From the IMG/VR virus record IMGVR_UViG_3300042564_002063: a stretch of DNA of 20,000 nucleotides. One strand, given 5' to 3'. Shown here piece after piece: positions 7,262-16,591 of this stretch (its first letter is position 1; the number at the start of each line of letters is the position of its first letter). The notes beneath the pieces were generated by a model, which had not been told where the DNA came from, did not search any database, and was given only the letters and a program-made list of their open reading frames with translations. The DNA comes from an uncultured virus (IMG/VR IMGVR_UViG_3300042564_002063) (taxonomy: Duplodnaviria; Heunggongvirae; Uroviricota; Caudoviricetes). The position numbers were made by a program, and so were the translations under genes.

Positions 7262-10200
7262 CTATACTGGTTTTTGAATATTGGATATCCACGATACATT
7301 AGTATAAGCAGTATAAGAGTAGTCACCAAAAATTAAGTCTTCTCCGTCATCAACAATAATCTTGTTTGTTCCAGTGTATGCCTTATATACATCAGATGGG
7401 TCTACTCCGTAATAGCTGGTTGAGCTTACTACCAATACGCTGTTGTTTCCGCCCCACAAATATGGAATGATGTTCCAGTAGTTCCAATCCAATATTAGAG
7501 AGCCTGCCTTTTTAACCTTAAACCATGGTCTAAAAATTCTTGTCTGTACCTCTTGAAGGTTTGTAGACTTATAGTATGAGATATTGTTTACGGTTAATGG
7601 TCCAGTAATTCTGAATGCACCACTATAGTTATTAAAGTCTTGAGTATTTGCAAAACCAATACCTAGCATAGCCCACTCTTTTATGGTTATGTATGGATCT
7701 TTGACGATCTTGCCATTAACGTAAAATGCAATTCCGCTTTCGAGCTTACCCTTTTCATTTATCGCATATATTCTAGCTCTTTTGCCAGATGGGTGAGCTG
7801 CAACCATATATACTCTAATATAAGAGTTTTTGCTTTGAATCTCAAATATTTGAGTTGGTGCAAATGGGAATAGGTCTTGATCAAATCTCATAGATAGCTG
7901 CATAGCTATAACCTTGTAGTTATCGGAAGATTCTGGATTGATTGGCACAGATATACCACGATTAACTATTGGGTCATACTCTCCCTTTATTGTAATTCCG
8001 CTATCACGAGTCAGATATAAATACGGGGTACTCTTCTTGTATATTGAAAATGGATTTCTTGTCTTATAGGTGAAGTAGAATCCATCTTTTCTGTACGGAA
8101 ATATGTCATTTCCAAACCTAGTTCCAATTGGGGTTGGGCCTGTGTCTGAAAGAGATAGGGACGCATACTCTAAAGTTTTAATTTGGATTGGTGCATCAGA
8201 TACGCTTGACGAAGACATCTCTATGTGGGTAACAAGAGCTAAATTTTCAAAGCTTACTGATTGTGGAGGATAGATAACCACTCCATCCACTACCTCATAA
8301 GCTGTGGTTAGCCAGCTATCTCCTGGTGATACGATGCCGCTTTTTGGAGCCAACTCAAACTGAGAGTATGACGATAAAGGAGTGTTAGCCCCGTCTGAGA
8401 GTAGCTGAAAGGTAATATACGTCTTTACTACTGAGTTCGATGTGTCGTACTTGTAGGTATCTACTGCCCTATTTTTTAAATCGTCATAATTGTTAAAACC
8501 AGTAAATAAACTATTGTCTAACGAGGTGTACTCTCTTTGTATAGGAACAGAGTACTCTTCCTTAAGCTCTTCATAGGACCAGCTTCCTGTGGTTTCCTCT
8601 TGTATAAACTTTGATGGTGCTGGATAGTTAATGTTAAACTGAATAAAGTCTAGGTCTAGACGTTCGTCTCCCCTTGAGTCTAGTGAGTTTTTTGCAAACA
8701 CCGATAGAGGAATGTAATCTTCCCAGTAAGAATCAGCACCAACAACCACCTTAAACCCAGAAAGAGTGTCTTGTGCAGAAATATAGTAGCTTGCCATGTG
8801 ACCATTAATTATAGACTGAGCGTATGATCCAAAAGTACCTCCGTCATAAACAAAGTCAAATATTGCACTGGATGTAACGTCTTCTCCAGCATCTATAAGC
8901 TGTTGAATATAGTTTGCATCGATAAATTCATCCCAGACTATAGTTCCGTCAAAATAAAATGCAGAAGATATCTTTGAAGCATTTTTGCTTGAGCTAAACC
9001 CTACACCATAGAAGTTTCCAGAGAAGGTACTAGTGAAATCTTTTCTGCCACCTACATATATAGATGAAGATGAGAGCTTTCCAAAAAATTGAGCCGCTTC
9101 TCCTCCATAATAGTCAGAGAATTTAGAGATATCTACACCAACAATGAACTTTTCACCAACGCCGTCAAACTCTTTGGTCTTAGATGCTATTACAGTTTGA
9201 CCAGTTGGAGAACCTACAATATAATCAATAGTGCTTGGGGTTATAACTACCTCAAAGTATGACTGAGTGGCAGCATCCTCTATCATAAAAATTGTCTGGT
9301 TCTGGCTTGATGAAGCCTTCTCTTTACAAATTGCATAAAACATTTTTGGAATAGTGGCATCAATTGTTAGGTTATCTATAATCAAATACCCCTGGGAGTT
9401 TTGCCATTCTGATGATGGCCTAAGAGATATAAAGGACTCTTGCTCATTCTGACTGGATTCTAAGCCTTCGTTCCATTCTGACTCTGTTTTATTATTAAAT
9501 ACTGCTCTTGGCTTTTGGTATTCTGGAAAGCCAATAGAGTTTCCGCTAACAAGTATATTGTCGTATGTTGCCCTATTCCACTTGCCTATCCTTGGGTATG
9601 AATAATTCTTTGAATATTTAGAGAACGGATAATCAATAAATACTGAACTACCACTATAGGCATTATTGATATTTTCTGGGAATTCGACACCCTGGCCATA
9701 AACAAATCGTCTTTTTGCTACTTGGTTAGGAACCTTGTATCCGTATATTGCAATAGCGTCTATCTCAAATGGGTATACGTCGTCATGTGGGTAAAATCCA
9801 ATCCAGTCATTATCTAGTTGGGTATCTGAGTATCTGTCTGGAAATACAAGATTTTCTGAATCGATGAATGCCTGGCCAACCTGCTCTCCATTGATCAGTA
9901 GACTTATCTCTGAAGATGAATATCTTACATGCACTAGCATTGGCCTGTACCACTCACCAACGAAATGCCTTATTACGTTATCTCCTATTTTTAAAGATAG
10001 AAATGGGCCATTCACATATAGGCCGTCTTGTCCACGAATATTGCCGACAATTCTTTTTTCTTCATTAGTATCGGATGCTACTCTCATCCAAAATTCTAAG
10101 CTATACTCTTTGTGCTTTCCAGACTCATTCAAAAACCCTAGGGATGGAACTATCAGAGATGGGATATTTCCAGACCTTTGAAGAATTGTTAGGTTTGATC

Positions 10201-10960
10201 CTCCAAATACCATTGGGATACTGGAGTTTTTTGCAGCTAGAGTATTTTTCCTAACAAGGTAGTATCCATCTAAAGACTGTAGTCCATAAGATTTTGCAGG
10301 AATACCCTTGATTCCAGATGCACCGAATATGTCTGTGTCTATAGACTCTGGCATGACTCCTAGAGACGACGCATTAAATTCTTCAGACCACTGACCCAAA
10401 GTTATTCCATTCACTAAGAAGTCGTATTCGGTCTCTGGTGGGGCAGCAAAAAATCTAGCACCAATGACTATCCTAATATTAGTGTCTTGTGGTCTAGGAT
10501 TAAATGTATCTGATAGAAATATCCAGCTCTTATAAATTTCAGTAGAAAAAAACTTTACGTCCCTAATGGTTTCTCCACTTACAGTGTCAAAGTATTCATA
10601 CCCTAGATCAAAACCGCTTATGTACTCTGTGTCTGCATATACGAATGCCCCAATAGAAAAACTTGATAGATTTTTATCCAGATCATCAAGTGATACGATA
10701 TCTGGACTAATGCATTCTACAGAAAAGTCTTGCTCTGATAATGTACCAGAAATCCTGGAGGTAGTGCTTTCTGGAAATGGCTCATCTATAACAAAGAGTT
10801 CTGCTGACGCTGTTGCGTTGGTTATATCCCAGCCATCGGAGATGTCTCTTTGCTCTTCTGATATTAAGGATATATAGTCTGACACATCATCCAGTGCCCA
10901 AAAGGCTATTGGATGCTCTGAAAATACTTTTTCAGCATAAAGATTAGAAGGAATAGACAT
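7262..10960 (-). CDS. Large virion-associated protein with LamG/concanavalin A-like lectin domain(s) (1232 aa)
   Basis: 'PIAFWALDD', 'YSLEFWMR', 'GEWYRPMLVHVRY', 'LLINGEQV', 'IDAIAIY' form a LamG-like pattern. A second similar segment lies near the C-terminus ('FYVNGKIV...KEWAMLGI'). The protein is beta-rich and aromatic-rich. Confidence 0.65.
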   Translation of the reverse strand: MSIPSNLYAEKVFSEHPIAFWALDDVSDYISLISEEQRDISDGWDITNATASAELFVIDEPFPESTTSRISGTLSEQDFSVECISPDIVSLDDLDKNLSSFSIGAFVYADTEYISGFDLGYEYFDTVSGETIRDVKFFSTEIYKSWIFLSDTFNPRPQDTNIRIVIGARFFAAPPETEYDFLVNGITLGQWSEEFNASSLGVMPESIDTDIFGASGIKGIPAKSYGLQSLDGYYLVRKNTLAAKNSSIPMVFGGSNLTILQRSGNIPSLIVPSLGFLNESGKHKEYSLEFWMRVASDTNEEKRIVGNIRGQDGLYVNGPFLSLKIGDNVIRHFVGEWYRPMLVHVRYSSSEISLLINGEQVGQAFIDSENLVFPDRYSDTQLDNDWIGFYPHDDVYPFEIDAIAIYGYKVPNQVAKRRFVYGQGVEFPENINNAYSGSSVFIDYPFSKYSKNYSYPRIGKWNRATYDNILVSGNSIGFPEYQKPRAVFNNKTESEWNEGLESSQNEQESFISLRPSSEWQNSQGYLIIDNLTIDATIPKMFYAICKEKASSSQNQTIFMIEDAATQSYFEVVITPSTIDYIVGSPTGQTVIASKTKEFDGVGEKFIVGVDISKFSDYYGGEAAQFFGKLSSSSIYVGGRKDFTSTFSGNFYGVGFSSSKNASKISSAFYFDGTIVWDEFIDANYIQQLIDAGEDVTSSAIFDFVYDGGTFGSYAQSIINGHMASYYISAQDTLSGFKVVVGADSYWEDYIPLSVFAKNSLDSRGDERLDLDFIQFNINYPAPSKFIQEETTGSWSYEELKEEYSVPIQREYTSLDNSLFTGFNNYDDLKNRAVDTYKYDTSNSVVKTYITFQLLSDGANTPLSSYSQFELAPKSGIVSPGDSWLTTAYEVVDGVVIYPPQSVSFENLALVTHIEMSSSSVSDAPIQIKTLEYASLSLSDTGPTPIGTRFGNDIFPYRKDGFYFTYKTRNPFSIYKKSTPYLYLTRDSGITIKGEYDPIVNRGISVPINPESSDNYKVIAMQLSMRFDQDLFPFAPTQIFEIQSKNSYIRVYMVAAHPSGKRARIYAINEKGKLESGIAFYVNGKIVKDPYITIKEWAMLGIGFANTQDFNNYSGAFRITGPLTVNNISYYKSTNLQEVQTRIFRPWFKVKKAGSLILDWNYWNIIPYLWGGNNSVLVVSSTSYYGVDPSDVYKAYTGTNKIIVDDGEDLIFGDYSYTAYTNVSWISNIQKPV

Positions 10961-10974
10961 GATTCACCATGTAT

Positions 10975-10983
10975 AGTTTACCA
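10975..10983 (-). promoter_or_regulatory. Extended -10-like promoter TGGTAAACT
   Basis: TGn-TAnnnT in the 27-nt gap, 14 nt before ATG 10960. Confidence 0.45.
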
Positions 10984-10987
10984 CACA

Positions 10988-11581
10988 CTATTTTTCTAAA
11001 TGCCAAAAAGCTGGTGACATATACTTGATTCCACTAGCTATTGGCATGGACTCATGATAGAAAGGTGGCACGGATGGAAAGATTATCAAACTTCCAGCTT
11101 TTGGCTTTATTTTTACCCCTTGCTCTGAAAAGCTAATCTCTCCCCCAGAGTAGTTATCATTTAGGTAAAGAACAGCAGATATATTTTCTGTAGTTGGCTC
11201 TGGGCCTGAATCTGTGTGAGGTCCCATAGATGCCCCAGTAAAGTATTTGCTTATGCTAATTGGCATCTGAACCCCCAGATCAACGTTTAGCTTTTCTGCA
11301 TAGTCCTTGCCGTATACGGACAGAGTCCTTGTTAATACATCATACGCATCACGAATTTTACCGCTAGCAGAGTCATAAAATGAGACATCTGTTGTTTTTC
11401 TTTTTCCAAAGACATAGGAGTCTCCACTTGACATCCAGGTATGCCACTTAGAGATAAGAGATTCTTCTGATATATAGGAGTCTGTGCTTTCTATAAGATA
11501 CACAAGCTCTTCTGGGTTTGGTATTACGGACTCATAATAAAATATTTTTTCCGCAAAAACTTTAGGACTTTTTAGTCTCAT
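10988..11581 (-). CDS. 2OG-Fe(II) oxygenase, prolyl-4-hydroxylase-like (197 aa)
   Basis: HTD, 'SAVLYLNDNYSGGEISF', distal His in 'FYHES', and Lys in 'GIKY'. Confidence 0.88.
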   Translation of the reverse strand: MRLKSPKVFAEKIFYYESVIPNPEELVYLIESTDSYISEESLISKWHTWMSSGDSYVFGKRKTTDVSFYDSASGKIRDAYDVLTRTLSVYGKDYAEKLNVDLGVQMPISISKYFTGASMGPHTDSGPEPTTENISAVLYLNDNYSGGEISFSEQGVKIKPKAGSLIIFPSVPPFYHESMPIASGIKYMSPAFWHLEK

Positions 11582-12227
11582 TTCCCCACTCTTCCTTTTG
11601 CTTGTCTTGCTTAGGCTGCTCTGAACGCTTTAGCATTTCTAACTCCTCAAGGAATCCTTCTGGATATTCAATATCTGCGTAGTCCCACGATAATAGCATG
11701 GTATATCTTTCTCCAGAGGTAACCTCAGTTACTGCATGAACATTATCGATACCAACATCAAACACAATTGCGGTTCCAGCCTTTGGGGCAATAGAGATTT
11801 CGTGATCCCTAAACTTTAGGTTTCCACCTTCATAGTTGTCATTAAGATAAATAATTGTGACAAGCTTATTGTCTTGCCAAGCATTTGGAGTACCGTCTAG
11901 CTCTGCATTATCGGCATGGTATCCTGCGTAGGCACCTGGAAGCCATTTATGTGCACTTAGGGTGAGGTTTCGGACTGGTCTGCCCATAACATCTTCAGCG
12001 ACTTCTTTTAGGGAATGTCTTAGTTCATGGAAAAAGTTTGGATTAAACAGTTCAATGTCAAGCTCGTTTTTAGGTCCGTTTGGATCCATTACACGAGCAT
12101 TAAAAAAACAAGTTTTTTGCCACAAAGAGTCTCCAGCATCATAATAATCTATAAGCTTTTCACACTCTTCGCTTGATAAAAAGTTAGGTATTTCTACTAC
12201 ATCCTGCTTATGAACAATTTTTTCCAT
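11562..12227 (-). CDS. 2OG-Fe(II) oxygenase, prolyl-4-hydroxylase-like (221 aa)
   Basis: 'IPNFLSSEECEKLI', HAD, 'IIYLNDNYEGGNLKF', 'NVHAV', 'GERY'. Confidence 0.9.
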   Translation of the reverse strand: MEKIVHKQDVVEIPNFLSSEECEKLIDYYDAGDSLWQKTCFFNARVMDPNGPKNELDIELFNPNFFHELRHSLKEVAEDVMGRPVRNLTLSAHKWLPGAYAGYHADNAELDGTPNAWQDNKLVTIIYLNDNYEGGNLKFRDHEISIAPKAGTAIVFDVGIDNVHAVTEVTSGERYTMLLSWDYADIEYPEGFLEELEMLKRSEQPKQDKQKEEWGNETKKS

Positions 12228-12232
12228 AATGA

Positions 12233-12958
12233 TTAGGCAAGCTTATTGCCCTTTTTCCACTCCTCTTTCTGTCTAGCTTGTTGCTCACGAACCTTCTTTG
12301 TTTCTTCTTCCCACCAATTTTTCTTTTCCTCTGAGTATTCTGCATCTGCAAAATCCCAGAAGGATACCATAGTATACCTAGTACCTTCAGTAATTTCTGA
12401 TACACCATGTATATTTTCTACGCCACCAGGAAAAACAATTAGTGCATACGGTGTTGGCTTAAACGAGATATCGTGATCTGGGAAATATAGGTCCCCTCCC
12501 TCATAATTACCATTAAGGTATAGAATTGCCACATACTTATTAATTTCAAATGCATTAGGCTCGCCATGGTTGTCGGAGTTATCGGAGTGAGGGTTTGCAA
12601 AACCACCTACATCCCACTTTTGGGCATGTGATGTGTTTGCCTTTACTTCTCTACCAAAAACAGCCTCTACATAGGTCTTAAACTGCTCACGCAAGTTATC
12701 GAAAAAATCTCCAGGCAAGCTATAGTCTGCGAGCATTGGGTCGTTTGGCTGCAAGCCCATGCCAGAAGAGCCGTAGAAAGCAATGTCTCCCCACATCTCA
12801 GCCTTTGCCTCAAAGTAATTAATCATATTTTTAGCATCTTCTGGAGTCACAAAGTTTGGAATTTCTACAATTCTATTATCTTTAATTCCTAGAATACTAT
12901 TCTCTATTGGCTCATCTTTATAATATATAAAGCTATCAATATTTACATTATTATGCAT
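12233..12958 (-). CDS. 2OG-Fe(II) oxygenase, prolyl-4-hydroxylase-like (241 aa)
   Basis: 'IPNFVTPED', HSD, 'ILYLNGNYEGGDLYF', 'NIHGV', 'GTRY'. Confidence 0.9.
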   Translation of the reverse strand: MHNNVNIDSFIYYKDEPIENSILGIKDNRIVEIPNFVTPEDAKNMINYFEAKAEMWGDIAFYGSSGMGLQPNDPMLADYSLPGDFFDNLREQFKTYVEAVFGREVKANTSHAQKWDVGGFANPHSDNSDNHGEPNAFEINKYVAILYLNGNYEGGDLYFPDHDISFKPTPYALIVFPGGVENIHGVSEITEGTRYTMVSFWDFADAEYSEEKKNWWEEETKKVREQQARQKEEWKKGNKLA

Positions 12959-13634
12959 TGTCTACCTCCGAGTTACCGTGGGCAACTATCGTCCAAAAGA
13001 ATGGGCAAGTGTATCTAATTCCAGATTCTATTGTAGTTATGCCATGAATATAGTTCATGTCTCCTGGGAAGAAATATGCTGCCCCAGCCTTTGGCTTAAA
13101 TTGAATATCTTGGTTAGGGAAGTACAGCTCTCCACCCTCGTAATCATCATTTAGATAAATAATAGTTGCGATATCATACCAAGGAAAGTCGTTGGGCTTT
13201 CCTGCGTTTTCACCTTCGTGAAGTTCTTTATCTGCGTGTGGCATTTGAAGGTTTCCTGGAAGCCAGCGAACAAGAGCTGGAGATGTTGGATATGCCGTTA
13301 CGTTAAAGAAATTGTCAATCTCAACCTTAAGTCTCTTAACGATTGATCTAATGGTCTGTACGGTTTCAGGGCTCGTCTGATTAATAGTTGGATAAGTCGC
13401 TACACGGCCATCCCAATATCCAGAGTCATAGATTACGGTTCCGTCTTCATTGTAGTGGGTTTGGGTAATATCCCAGCTTTCATTATTACGGATAAAGCCA
13501 TTGAGTGCCTGAAGTTCTTCTTCAGTTAAGAAGTTCTCAAGTGTGCCGATCATTTCTGGACCATCTCCAAAAAATCCTGATGGCGTAATTGATACGGGGT
13601 TTTGATTATGATTATTAGTATATTGATTTTCCAT
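12951..13634 (-). CDS. 2OG-Fe(II) oxygenase, prolyl-4-hydroxylase-like (227 aa)
   Basis: 'LENFLTEEE', HAD, 'IIYLNDDYEGGELYF', 'YIHGI', 'GIRY'. Confidence 0.9.
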   Translation of the reverse strand: MENQYTNNHNQNPVSITPSGFFGDGPEMIGTLENFLTEEELQALNGFIRNNESWDITQTHYNEDGTVIYDSGYWDGRVATYPTINQTSPETVQTIRSIVKRLKVEIDNFFNVTAYPTSPALVRWLPGNLQMPHADKELHEGENAGKPNDFPWYDIATIIYLNDDYEGGELYFPNQDIQFKPKAGAAYFFPGDMNYIHGITTIESGIRYTCPFFWTIVAHGNSEVDNA

Positions 13635-13640
13635 AAACCA

Positions 13641-13649
13641 ATTATATCA
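13641..13649 (-). promoter_or_regulatory. Extended -10 promoter TGATATAAT, probably leaderless
   Basis: TGATATAAT-TGGTTT-ATG(13634) fills the 17-nt gap, with no SD. Confidence 0.7.
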
Positions 13650-13651
13650 CG

Positions 13652-14380
13652 TCAATCGTACTTTCGTCTTTCCCAAACATCACGCTGATAAATCCCTCCG
13701 CTTGGCTTTCTATACTTAAAGCTATTTGCCATATTCTTTGTGTATAACTCTGCAGGGTTTTCTATTACTATCTCAGTTTTCCAGTCCTCACGCTTGAAAG
13801 GAATTATTTGGGCATACGGAGTTCCTGCTGGTATTACACCAGTAAACCCCTTTGCTATAAAAAATGGCATTGTTCCTGGAAGACTTACCTTATCGTTATC
13901 AATTATTCCGCTAGTTGTCAGGAATGGCAGATCAAACCTGTTAAATGGTTGGGAGTATATTGCACTATATCCAGATGGTAGCTCTACTGCCCAATCTGCC
14001 CACCAAGCAAAGTGATGCTCATAATATCCCCATGGAACCTCAAACTGTGGCATGGGATCTCTAACATTAACAAAATCTTTATACTGATCATCTAGAATTT
14101 TTACTGATATTACTCCAGCATCATTCACGTAGAATTCAATATCACAAGGTGTCCTATAGACATATCCAGTTGTCATAATATCATAAAGTGCTGGGCAAGC
14201 TTTCCATGTAACTACCCTGCCACCATCGGGGGCAGTCCATGGCTCACCGTCAGGTCTCATGGCATATCTGTCAGCATCTTTATACCAAACTGGAATAGCC
14301 CTAGCTGTTGGGGTTGGCTTTGATATGCTGTCTTCGTTTAGCCAAGACCTATTTGAAATAAATTTAATAGACTTAGCCAT
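13652..14380 (-). CDS. Hypothetical protein, DUF6065-related (242 aa)
   Basis: 'WKACPALYDIMTTGY' and 'IPAGTPYAQIIP' parallel motifs in the neighbouring DUF6065-like gene. It lacks the YxNDxYxGG oxygenase core. Confidence 0.6.
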   Translation of the reverse strand: MAKSIKFISNRSWLNEDSISKPTPTARAIPVWYKDADRYAMRPDGEPWTAPDGGRVVTWKACPALYDIMTTGYVYRTPCDIEFYVNDAGVISVKILDDQYKDFVNVRDPMPQFEVPWGYYEHHFAWWADWAVELPSGYSAIYSQPFNRFDLPFLTTSGIIDNDKVSLPGTMPFFIAKGFTGVIPAGTPYAQIIPFKREDWKTEIVIENPAELYTKNMANSFKYRKPSGGIYQRDVWERRKYD

Positions 14381-15083
14381 TTGTAACTTTCATTACGATC
14401 TTCTTGACCTCGTGCTCACCAACAGATTCCCCAGTATGATCAACAGCATCACGATAGTAGTGTGTCCAGTGTCCTGCGGAATTCTTTTCCTGAGATGCTT
14501 CTGCTCTATTCTGCATTCTTTCTGACCACTCAGCAGTTTCCCACAATTCTGGTGTACCGCTTACAACATTAAGGCTATAAGCCTGTACGTCTTTTAATGA
14601 TATTGGCAAAATTGCTGCAATTGGAGTATTTGCTGGAATGGTAATTACTTCATTTGCCTTGTTAACTATCCAGGCAAGCGGAAAATCATTTTCTAATACT
14701 GATGTGCTTAATAAAGTAGTAAAGCACTGTGTCCCCTCTATAAATTGATTTGGAACTGGCATTGTTAGCAACGATACATTTTTTTTAGAAGAAAAATATA
14801 TTCCAGTATTAAAGCTTATGGTTCTATTTCCTCTATGAGGATGAACGTACCTCTCTCCAGAAAGGATGGATATATGGCTAGAAGTTGAGTCATTTATTCC
14901 GTCCCAAATAAATGATATATCTTCTGGAAACGAAAGATACCAACCTAAACGGTTTGCTAAAGAAACTGGAAAGCACTGATATGCGTGTCTATCAAAGGTT
15001 GCATCCATCCAATCTCTTTTCAGTGGAAGCTGATCTATGTTTGCAGAATGGCTACCAAGTTTGTAGACTGTTATGTCTTTCAC
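14373..15083 (-). CDS. DUF6065-like protein (236 aa, GTG start)
   Basis: 'RDWMDATFDRHAYQCFPVSLANRLGW' matches my recollection of the DUF6065 N-terminal signature. Also has 'IPANTPIAAILP' and a TAGTG overlap with the upstream gene. Confidence 0.7.
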   Translation of the reverse strand: MKDITVYKLGSHSANIDQLPLKRDWMDATFDRHAYQCFPVSLANRLGWYLSFPEDISFIWDGINDSTSSHISILSGERYVHPHRGNRTISFNTGIYFSSKKNVSLLTMPVPNQFIEGTQCFTTLLSTSVLENDFPLAWIVNKANEVITIPANTPIAAILPISLKDVQAYSLNVVSGTPELWETAEWSERMQNRAEASQEKNSAGHWTHYYRDAVDHTGESVGEHEVKKIVMKVTNG

Positions 15084-15787
15084 TAATTACCTGTCTCTGT
15101 GTAAAATTCTGGCTTATGGAACTTCTCTGAGTAATCAAGCATTGTAACTATTGAGAATTTTGTTCCAGAGTGTACGGGCATAGCACGGTGTGGGTACATA
15201 AAGTTAGATGGGAAAAGGTATAGGTCTCCCGCCTTAGCCTTGATGTTTAAATTTTGAAGCCTAAAGAAAAGCTCTCCACCTTCGTAGTCATCATTTGGAT
15301 ATGACACTGCAGAAAGAACACAGTTATAAGAATATCCGTTATCGTGATGTTCTTGGAAGTGTTGACCTGGACCATACTTGATAAAGTTCATAGCTTCCCA
15401 ATATCTAAGCTCTCCAATATTATGCATCTTGCAGTAATGCTTTACAGCCTGAAGCTGTCTAAAGTAGACCTCATCCCAAAGCTTACGTAGCTTATCTGCT
15501 GCCTCGCCCTGGTGCTCAGCAATATCTGTTTTCTTATATTTAAAATCTTTGCAGTCACGGTATTCTGGAATTTTCATGCCGTAGCCAACCATGGCCTCCT
15601 GATATTCATAATGATTGTTTGGGTCGTCTAAGACCTCTTCTAGTCGATTAATTATATCCATATCTTTTGGAAGTACGTCACGGTAAACAAGAATACCACT
15701 ACCAAGATCTTCAACAGAAGACCACGTAATTTCATCTATTTTATAAAAATCTTGAATTCTTTTATTTAAATCTTCTTGATCAGACAC
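15083..15787 (-). CDS. 2OG-Fe(II) oxygenase, prolyl-4-hydroxylase-like (234 aa, GTG start)
   Basis: 'KYGPGQHFQEHHD', 'SYPNDDYEGGELFF', 'YPHRA', 'GTKF'. SD AAGGAG upstream. Confidence 0.9.
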   Translation of the reverse strand: MSDQEDLNKRIQDFYKIDEITWSSVEDLGSGILVYRDVLPKDMDIINRLEEVLDDPNNHYEYQEAMVGYGMKIPEYRDCKDFKYKKTDIAEHQGEAADKLRKLWDEVYFRQLQAVKHYCKMHNIGELRYWEAMNFIKYGPGQHFQEHHDNGYSYNCVLSAVSYPNDDYEGGELFFRLQNLNIKAKAGDLYLFPSNFMYPHRAMPVHSGTKFSIVTMLDYSEKFHKPEFYTETGN

Positions 15788-15796
15788 TATGTCTCC

Positions 15797-16531
15797 TTAG
15801 TAAGTTAGTCTATTCATATCTTCTTGACGATAGTTGAAGTTTCTTAATCCTCCACGATCATTATAATCAGTCATAATTACGATTGAATACTTTGTTCCAG
15901 AAATCATGTCGTTTGATGCATGCTCATAAATATACGTAGATGGGAAGACAACCACATCACCCTTCTTTGGCTTTAGGGTCAGATTAAATCTAGGAAAGTA
16001 TAGCTCTCCTCCCTCATATCCTTCATTTGGAAATGCAACTACAGAGATTGTTGTAACATATGCTGGACCATGATCAGCATGGATCTTAAAGTGAGTTCCT
16101 GCCCCGTCGTACTTAACAAAGTTAAATGCCTCAAAGAAGTTTACTCCAACACCCCAGTACCTGCCGTAATCATCTACGTTTGGACTGATAGACCTAAAAG
16201 CCATCTCATGCATTTCGTATAGCTTAGAGTTGTGTTCGTCTTTTGGGCCAAGGTTGCTAGTGCTAACCTTAAAGTCTAGGCACTTCCTAGCCTCTTCTAG
16301 TACATCATCAGCCTCTGTTACCCTAGCACCCTGCCAGGAATACCTTGTCTGACCATTAAGGTTTCCTTCAAGCGTGTCAATAATATAATCGCAGAGGTCA
16401 CCGCTCATAGCATTATTATAAACATTAATGCCAAGTGCTGGATTACTTACTAAGACTCCTGCAGGAGTTACTCTAGATGGCATTCTATTTGAGTCTGTTT
16501 CTGATCTATCTTTTGTTAGCCAAGTATTCAT
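15797..16531 (-). CDS. 2OG-Fe(II) oxygenase, prolyl-4-hydroxylase-like (244 aa)
   Basis: 'KYDGAGTHFKIHAD', 'FPNEGYEGGELYF', 'YEHAS', 'GTKY'. Confidence 0.9.
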   Translation of the reverse strand: MNTWLTKDRSETDSNRMPSRVTPAGVLVSNPALGINVYNNAMSGDLCDYIIDTLEGNLNGQTRYSWQGARVTEADDVLEEARKCLDFKVSTSNLGPKDEHNSKLYEMHEMAFRSISPNVDDYGRYWGVGVNFFEAFNFVKYDGAGTHFKIHADHGPAYVTTISVVAFPNEGYEGGELYFPRFNLTLKPKKGDVVVFPSTYIYEHASNDMISGTKYSIVIMTDYNDRGGLRNFNYRQEDMNRLTY

Positions 16532-16538
16532 ATCCTCA

Positions 16539-16547
16539 ATTATAGCA
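16539..16547 (-). promoter_or_regulatory. Extended -10 promoter TGCTATAAT, probably leaderless
   Basis: TGCTATAAT-TGAGGAT-ATG(16531). Confidence 0.7.
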
Positions 16548-16549
16548 TA

Positions 16550-16577
16550 AGAGCCTAGGATGTTTCACCTAGGCTCT
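16550..16577 (-). terminator. Perfect 10-bp stem hairpin after the Fn3 gene, probable terminator
   Basis: AGAGCCTAGG (16550-16559), 8-nt loop, CCTAGGCTCT (16568-16577). It starts 14 nt after the stop and has a weak U-tract. Confidence 0.7.
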
Positions 16578-16591
16578 CTGCTTTATTTAGG

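Noticed and set aside
5237..12408. Short alternative-frame minus ORFs 5237-5440 and 12208-12408
   Set aside because: They overlap the portal and oxygenase genes out of frame, and I see no motif or start signal supporting them.
10988..16531. Oxygenases as TET/JBP or AlkB DNA-modifying enzymes
   Set aside because: The motifs fit the prolyl-4-hydroxylase-like group (YLNDxYxGG core) and the neighbours are structural genes, not DNA metabolism genes. This is disfavoured rather than excluded.
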